Made by a program: the position numbers and the translations under genes | DNA from: Myxococcota bacterium | GTDB taxonomy: Bacteria > Myxococcota_A > UBA9160 > UBA4427 | DNA length: 64,000 nt | Assembly: GCA_965250285.1 (NCBI GenBank) | Contig: OZ252299.1 | Coordinates: 5,472,001-5,536,000, forward strand | Direction of reading: 5' to 3' | The notes under the pieces: generated by a model | The model's input: only the letters and a program-made list of their open reading frames with translations | Database searches by the model: none | What the model was told of the DNA's origin: nothing | Part shown: piece by piece, positions 59,023 to 64,000 of the stretch | Layout: each line of letters begins with the position of its first letter | Position numbering within the stretch: position 1 is the first letter of the stretch

Positions 59023-59326
59023 CGCGTCGGCGCTTGGCGCCGGCCGGGCTTCGTGGCTGCTCGTGGCCGCATGCCTGTCGTTTTCTGCCGGCTGTGCGGT
59101 GAACGAGCTCGCGCACTGGAAGCGGGCCGAAGCCGACTACCGAAGCTGTGTCGAGGCGTACCCGAGCGAGCCGTCGCGTTGTGCAACGTACAAGGCCGAA
59201 GCGGGGCGGGCGGTCGAGGCGTACGAGCGCGCGGCCGACACCGACCGTTCGGCGGCGTGCCCGCACACCTGGGGCACGTGCGCGCACGATCGAGGACCCG
59301 CCCCAGCCTCGGACCCCGGCTGCTAG
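58979..59326 (+). CDS. Possible small Cys-rich lipoprotein (start uncertain)
   Basis: FSAGC then helical Cys-containing segment. Confidence 0.4.
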   Translation: MRAPFVNTSRGSSRDASALGAGRASWLLVAACLSFSAGCAVNELAHWKRAEADYRSCVEAYPSEPSRCATYKAEAGRAVEAYERAADTDRSAACPHTWGTCAHDRGPAPASDPGC

Positions 59327-59398
59327 CGGCGCGGCTCGAAGCGCGCGCGTGGTAGAGTCGACGGCGCTCGACCTGAAGGCAAGAGAGGCCGTCGTGTC

Positions 59399-60067
59399 AT
59401 GACCAAGGTACTGCTGACCGGCTACGAACCCTTCGGCACGACCCCGATCAATCCTGCCGAGCTCGTAGCGCGAGCGCTCGACGGCGAGACCATCGCCGAC
59501 GCGAAGGTGGTGTCGCGCATTCTGCCGAGCACGTTCTTCGAATCGATCGAGACGGTGGCCGCCGCGATCGAAGCCGAATCGCCCGACCTCGTGATCATGA
59601 TGGGTGAGTACGGCGGCCGCGCCACGATCACCGTCGAGCGCATCGCCCAGAACTTCAACGACTCGACGCGCTACGGGCTCGTCGACAATCGCGGCAAATC
59701 GATGCAGGACGAGCCGACCGTGCCTGGTGGTCCGGCCGCGTACTACGCGACGCTCCCGATTCGCGCGATGGTCAAGGCGATGCGCGAGGCCGGTGTGCCG
59801 GCCGACATCTCCGACGCGCCGGGCACGTTCTGCTGCAACCACCTGATGTACGGGATCCTTCACGTCATCTCGGATCGTGCGCTCGACATCCGGGCAGGCT
59901 GGATCCACCTGCCTCATCTGCCCGAGGTGGCTGCGCTGCCCGACAATCTCGGTGCGCCGAGCATGTCGGCCCAGACGGCGACAAAGGGGGTGCGAGTCGG
60001 GATCGAAGCGGCGCTGACCCACGCGCACGACATCACGGATCCGATCTCGTCGAGGCTTCAGATCTGA
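59399..60067 (+). CDS. pcp: Pyroglutamyl-peptidase I
   Basis: LLTGYEPFG...NP, ERIA.N, GTFCCN, IHLP. Confidence 0.93.
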   Translation: MTKVLLTGYEPFGTTPINPAELVARALDGETIADAKVVSRILPSTFFESIETVAAAIEAESPDLVIMMGEYGGRATITVERIAQNFNDSTRYGLVDNRGKSMQDEPTVPGGPAAYYATLPIRAMVKAMREAGVPADISDAPGTFCCNHLMYGILHVISDRALDIRAGWIHLPHLPEVAALPDNLGAPSMSAQTATKGVRVGIEAALTHAHDITDPISSRLQI

Positions 60068-60092
60068 CGCTCGTGTGGGTCACGAGGAGCCC

Positions 60093-60542
60093 TCAGCGCA
60101 AGACCGCACGCCTCCATTCTTCGGGCGGCACGTCGCGCAGATGCTCGAGGAAGCTCCAGCGGTGCCCCTCGAGATCGAGCGCTTCGTAGCGCCGATCGCC
60201 CCACGGTTGATCTTCGAGCGGCATGACGATCTGGGCCCCTGCGGCTTCGGCCCGGGTGCAGTGACCGGTGACATCGTCGACATAGGCGACGACCATCTGC
60301 GTGCGTGCCTCGAGCGTGGCCGGGCTCTGCAGATCATGCCCGCCGGCGCGGCCGACGATCACGATCCCGCTGCCGAGCTGCATTTCGGTCAGGATCACGT
60401 CGCCTTGGTCGGTTGCGACCCGCGCATCGGCCCGTTCGATGAAGCCGAAGGCCTGCGTGAGCCAGGCGATGGCGCCGGCGGCGTCGCGGTAGGCCAGACG
60501 GGGAAGGATCTGCGGAGTGCCTCGCGGTGGGTTGCTCACCAT
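60093..60542 (-). CDS. VOC/glyoxalase family protein
   Basis: AIAWL..AFGF, DQPWGDR.Y...DLEGHRW. Confidence 0.88.
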   Translation of the reverse strand: MVSNPPRGTPQILPRLAYRDAAGAIAWLTQAFGFIERADARVATDQGDVILTEMQLGSGIVIVGRAGGHDLQSPATLEARTQMVVAYVDDVTGHCTRAEAAGAQIVMPLEDQPWGDRRYEALDLEGHRWSFLEHLRDVPPEEWRRAVLR

Positions 60543-60747
60543 GCGTTCGCCTCCCGATGTGCCAATGGATCGCGCGCCGTGGAGCGCTCGTCGCGCACGA
60601 CCTCAGCGGCTGGTCTGCGCACGCGACGCACCGCATACTAGCCACGGCCGAACGCGATCGGTGCCGCCTCGCCGTGTCGTTCGACGCCATCGACCGATGC
60701 ACGAGCAAACGGGCCGACGCGATGGCCCGTAGCGAGGTGATCCCCCC

Positions 60748-61038
60748 ATGGATCTCAAGCTCTTCGCCACCGTCTTCGCGACGGTGTTCGTCGCCGAGCT
60801 CGGCGACAAGACGCAGCTCGCGACGCTGCTGTACGCATCCGACGGCGCGAACTCGCGGTGGACCGTCTTCGCGGCCTCGGCGATGGCGCTCGTGCTCGCC
60901 TCGGCCCTCGGCGTGCTGGCCGGATCGCTGGTCGCGCAGTTCGTGCATCCGATGGCGCTGCGCTGGATCGCGGGGCTCGGTTTCGTCGCCGTGGGCATCT
61001 GGGTGATCGTGAGCGGCGACGGTGCGACGGTCTCTTGA
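60748..61038 (+). CDS. TMEM165/GDT1 (UPF0016) family protein
   Basis: AELGDKTQ. Confidence 0.92.
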   Translation: MDLKLFATVFATVFVAELGDKTQLATLLYASDGANSRWTVFAASAMALVLASALGVLAGSLVAQFVHPMALRWIAGLGFVAVGIWVIVSGDGATVS

Positions 61039-61120
61039 GACGCCTCGCCCGGGCGCGTGAAGTCACGCTCCCTGGCGACGAGGCCGCTGCGGGGCGAGAC
61101 AGAGAGGAAGTGAACGCGCG

Positions 61121-61612
61121 ATGACTCTTCAAGATCTCGGCAGCGTGGGCGAGCTCGTCGCGGCCCTCGCCACGGTCGCAACCCTTGCGTATCTCGCGCT
61201 GCAGATTCGGCAGAACACCGTACAGCTGCGCGACAACGCACGGGCGATCCGCTTGAGCGAGGTGCGCGCGGCGGCCGACGGTGAGATCGACTTTCGGCGC
61301 CTGCTGCTGACCGACCCGGAGGTCGACGATGTGTTCGATCGCGGCGTGCGGGGCGAACCGCTCGACTCGACGAGCGCTCGCCGATTCGGACATGCCCTGC
61401 TCGAGTACAGCCTGAGGTCGCAGGGTCGTTGGTATCTGGTGCAGCAGTCGATCTTGTCGCAGGCCTACTGGGAGCGCGTCTCTTCGTTCCACCTCGACTT
61501 CTTGAGCCAGGCGCTGGCCCGGCAGTGGTGGGCCGAGAACCGGTATCGATTCGATCCACGATTCGTCGAGGATCTCGATCGTCGCCTCGCCGAACGCGAC
61601 GCGTCGAGCTGA
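61121..61612 (+). CDS. 'TL.YLA.QIR' family protein
   Basis: TLQDLGSVGELVAALATVATLAYLALQIRQN. Confidence 0.88.
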   Translation: MTLQDLGSVGELVAALATVATLAYLALQIRQNTVQLRDNARAIRLSEVRAAADGEIDFRRLLLTDPEVDDVFDRGVRGEPLDSTSARRFGHALLEYSLRSQGRWYLVQQSILSQAYWERVSSFHLDFLSQALARQWWAENRYRFDPRFVEDLDRRLAERDASS

Positions 61613-61733
61613 CGAAGTCGATCGGGCGCCCGAGTCGAACGCCGTCGCGCGAATCGAAACCGGAGCGTCGCCCCGAATCCCATCGCTCGCCGGCAGCCGA
61701 ATCGCAGAACCCACGAGAGAAGGAGTCGAGCCG

Positions 61734-62141
61734 ATGCGCGGAAGCTGTCTGTGTGGGGCCGTTCGCTACCGACTGAACGCTGAGCCCCAGTGGGCGCACA
61801 ACTGCCACTGCTCGCGATGCCGAAAGGCGACCGGGGCGAGCTTCGCTTCGAATCTCTTCGTGTCGCTGGATGCGCTCGAGTTCACGGAAGGCGAGGACCT
61901 CGTCCGTTCGTACAAGCCACCCGAAGCGGAGCGGTTCACGCACGCGTTCTGCGAGATCTGCGGCGGCGGCCTGCCGTTTCGCAACGAGGCGCGAGGACGC
62001 GCGGTGGTGCCGATGGGTAGCCTCGACGACGATCCTGGTCTCGCACCGAAGGCCCACATCTTCGTCGAGTCGCGGGCGCCGTGGCACGAGATCATCGACG
62101 ATCTCCCGCGGCACCCCGAGGCGCTCGGCTCGGGCAGGTAG
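61734..62141 (+). CDS. GFA family protein
   Basis: GSCLCG, CHCSRCRK, FCEICG. Confidence 0.9.
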   Translation: MRGSCLCGAVRYRLNAEPQWAHNCHCSRCRKATGASFASNLFVSLDALEFTEGEDLVRSYKPPEAERFTHAFCEICGGGLPFRNEARGRAVVPMGSLDDDPGLAPKAHIFVESRAPWHEIIDDLPRHPEALGSGR

Positions 62142-62169
62142 CGGGCCTCTCCACGATCCGCGGTGCCAG

Positions 62170-62287
62170 GGCCGGGGCAGGCGGGGGCACCGTGCTCAGA
62201 CATTCTCGGCGCGACCCACCAGGGAAGTTCGTATGGTGCGCCCGTCGCGCCTGCGAACTGCGCGCGGTCCCCCCGCCTGCCCCGGCC
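62170..62287. repeat. 18-bp perfect inverted repeat with nested hairpin
   Basis: GGCCGGGGCAGGCGGGGG / CCCCCGCCTGCCCCGGCC. Confidence 0.8.
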
Positions 62288-62547
62288 TCGGGACGCTTCC
62301 GTTTCACCGCCGCACTCTCCGTCAGGAAGCGCTCGCGGCGAGTGGCCTAGCCCTTCCGCTTCCACGCCTCACCCTCGAACGTCTAGCGGGAAGCCATCGA
62401 GTTCAGCGCCCAGAGCTGTTCTCGCATGCGGGGAGTGAGGTCTGCAGAGCATCCCTAGCGGGGTCGCATGCTCTAATCCACCCTTCGGTTTGGACGGTGC
62501 GCAGCTTGGTCGAGCGCGGCCATCGACTCGCCCGGGAGCCGGCGCGC

Positions 62548-62979
62548 ATGGAAGAGGGCAAGCGGATCTATCGAGGAGTGCCCGAGTCGGCTCGTGCGCT
62601 GCAGGACTATCTCGAGCAGCACGGTGTCGAGTCGGTTCTCGAGAGCCATGAAGAGATCGGGGTGCGCAGCCGTACGCGGATGCTGGCGCGGCAGGACGTG
62701 ATCGTGGGGGCCGAGCATCGCGCGCGCGCCGAAACCCTGCGCGATCAGTGGCAGACGTCTACGGCGCTACGGGCGCGCGGGTTGTCGCGTCGCGCGGCCG
62801 GCGTGATCATGGGCAGCCTCATCCCGGTGGGCGTGTGGTTCGTGTGCGAGCGCCTCGCTCTGGACGGCGTGCCCGAGTTCACACTCGAGCGAGGGATCGG
62901 CGTCTGGTTCGTGACGGTGGTCGTGCTCGGACAGATCGAATCGCAACGCCGGGCGGCCGAACGCATCGAGATGCCGTGA
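62548..62979 (+). CDS. Membrane-associated hypothetical protein
   Basis: ATG with GGGAG upstream; two C-terminal TMs. Confidence 0.7.
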   Translation: MEEGKRIYRGVPESARALQDYLEQHGVESVLESHEEIGVRSRTRMLARQDVIVGAEHRARAETLRDQWQTSTALRARGLSRRAAGVIMGSLIPVGVWFVCERLALDGVPEFTLERGIGVWFVTVVVLGQIESQRRAAERIEMP

Positions 62980-63048
62980 GCGGGCCGGGCGCGGCCGGGA
63001 GATGAAGCCACGGATACGCCGCTTCGCAAGATCCTGACGATCGGCAGC

Positions 63049-63471
63049 ATGGCGCTCGCGTTCGTCTTGCTGGGTGATGGGCTCGCCATGCTGCTGCCTG
63101 GCCCCACGAGCGCAGTCGGCGGGCTGGCGTTGATGCTCGTGGGGCTCATGTGGCTGGTCCTCGCCATGCCGCGCCTGCTCTCGACCGAGGGGCGGCCGTT
63201 CACGGCGATCCTCGTCGCGCGATTCGGGCTGCTCATGGTGCCGCCGCTGGGTGCCCTCATGGCCGGGATCTGGTGGCTCTCGACCCCCGAGGCGCTGTCG
63301 CGCTGGTTTGCCGTTGCGTGGGGCGTCGTCTGGGCGGGCTGTGTCGGGCTTTCGGCGGTCGTGCGTTGTCCGAGCTGCGGGCATCTCTTCAGTCGCCGGG
63401 GGCTTCGGTTCGAGGTTGCCTCGTCGTCATGTCCGCACTGTGGCGCGAACCCGCGAGGCGGGGTCGGGTAG
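63049..63471 (+). CDS. Membrane protein with C-terminal zinc ribbon
   Basis: CPSC...CPHC. Confidence 0.7.
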   Translation: MALAFVLLGDGLAMLLPGPTSAVGGLALMLVGLMWLVLAMPRLLSTEGRPFTAILVARFGLLMVPPLGALMAGIWWLSTPEALSRWFAVAWGVVWAGCVGLSAVVRCPSCGHLFSRRGLRFEVASSSCPHCGANPRGGVG

Positions 63472-63615
63472 ACGGCACCGATGGGGCCCGATAGCGAGAA
63501 GGCGGAGGGGGCCGCGTGGTAGCATCGCGGTGTCACGTCGCTGGCGAGCGCGCGACCAACCGAACGCTCGTTGGGTGATGTGAGCCCTCGCAACGTCCAG
63601 ATAAGGGCCAACGTC

Positions 63616-64000
63616 ATGGCCTACACCCTGCGCGCCGTCGGCGAAGCCGATCTCGACCGTCTCTTCGACCTGCTCTCGATCCCCGACGTGTACGCGTACT
63701 TGAGCGACGGCGTCGCGCCCGACCGCGCGATCGTCGCGGCCTGGGTCACCGAGGCGTTGCAGGCCGCCCCGCCGCAGGGTCTGTGGATTCTCGAGGAGGC
63801 GCCGGGCGAGGCCGCGGGCTGTGTTCGGCTCTCGGCCGTCGAGGACGGCTCGGCCTCGGCCGAGCTTACGTACGTGCTGCACCCGTCGGTCTGGGGCCGC
63901 GGCCTGGCGACGACGATGAGCCGCACGGTGATCGCGCGAGCCTTTGAAACCCCGACCTGTCAGACGATCTTTGCGGGCGCCGACGCGCCCAACGCGCGGT
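63616..64000 (+). CDS. RimJ/RimL-type GNAT acetyltransferase (cut by window edge)
   Basis: Hand translation ELTYVLHPSVWGRGLA...ADAPN. Confidence 0.8.
   Translation, partial: MAYTLRAVGEADLDRLFDLLSIPDVYAYLSDGVAPDRAIVAAWVTEALQAAPPQGLWILEEAPGEAAGCVRLSAVEDGSASAELTYVLHPSVWGRGLATTMSRTVIARAFETPTCQTIFAGADAPNAR

Larger units (their letters stand above)
18073..64000 (+). mobile_element. Degenerate (fossil) distal part of the cassette array with decayed attC remnants
   Basis: Intergenic gaps retain fragments of attC (GCAAGG..GCCACG CCGCTGAACGCCGA, GTGGTAGA); genes almost all on + strand; paralogues of proximal cassettes present. Confidence 0.8.

Noticed and set aside
1..64000. Integron integrase, transposase, tRNA or rRNA genes
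   Set aside because: No tyrosine recombinase or DDE motifs and no recognisable structural RNA genes were seen.

Overview
This high-GC window is a large chromosomal integron gene-cassette array. No intI or attI lies inside it; cassette orientation and the age gradient place them to the left. From 1 to ~18,070 there are 35 intact ~130-bp attC sites (RYYTAAC...GTTRRRY) separating co-oriented single-gene cassettes, mostly unknown membrane or lipoproteins. These include five copies of a ~280-bp ORF-less, self-complementary cassette and two exact cassette duplications. Beyond ~18.6 kb the attC sites decay progressively. An extended -10 promoter-like motif (TGnTAnnnT) that sits in the loop of the intact attCs survives in the remnants out to ~63.5 kb. 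The R' end of many cassettes also supplies a Shine-Dalgarno-like sequence at fixed spacing from the start codon. The main inference is that these attC sites act as portable expression units, and that old cassettes become fixed chromosomal genes by losing recombination boxes while keeping the promoter. The distal region holds paralogues of proximal cassette families and more recognisable enzymes (methyltransferases, GNATs, GFA proteins, a Rieske oxygenase, Pcp). It also has minus-strand non-cassette insertions: an amidinotransferase plus ATP-grasp ligase next to a truncated methyltransferase, and a Tat sulfite oxidase-cytochrome c fusion. Family names were assigned by eye from motifs, not from database searches.
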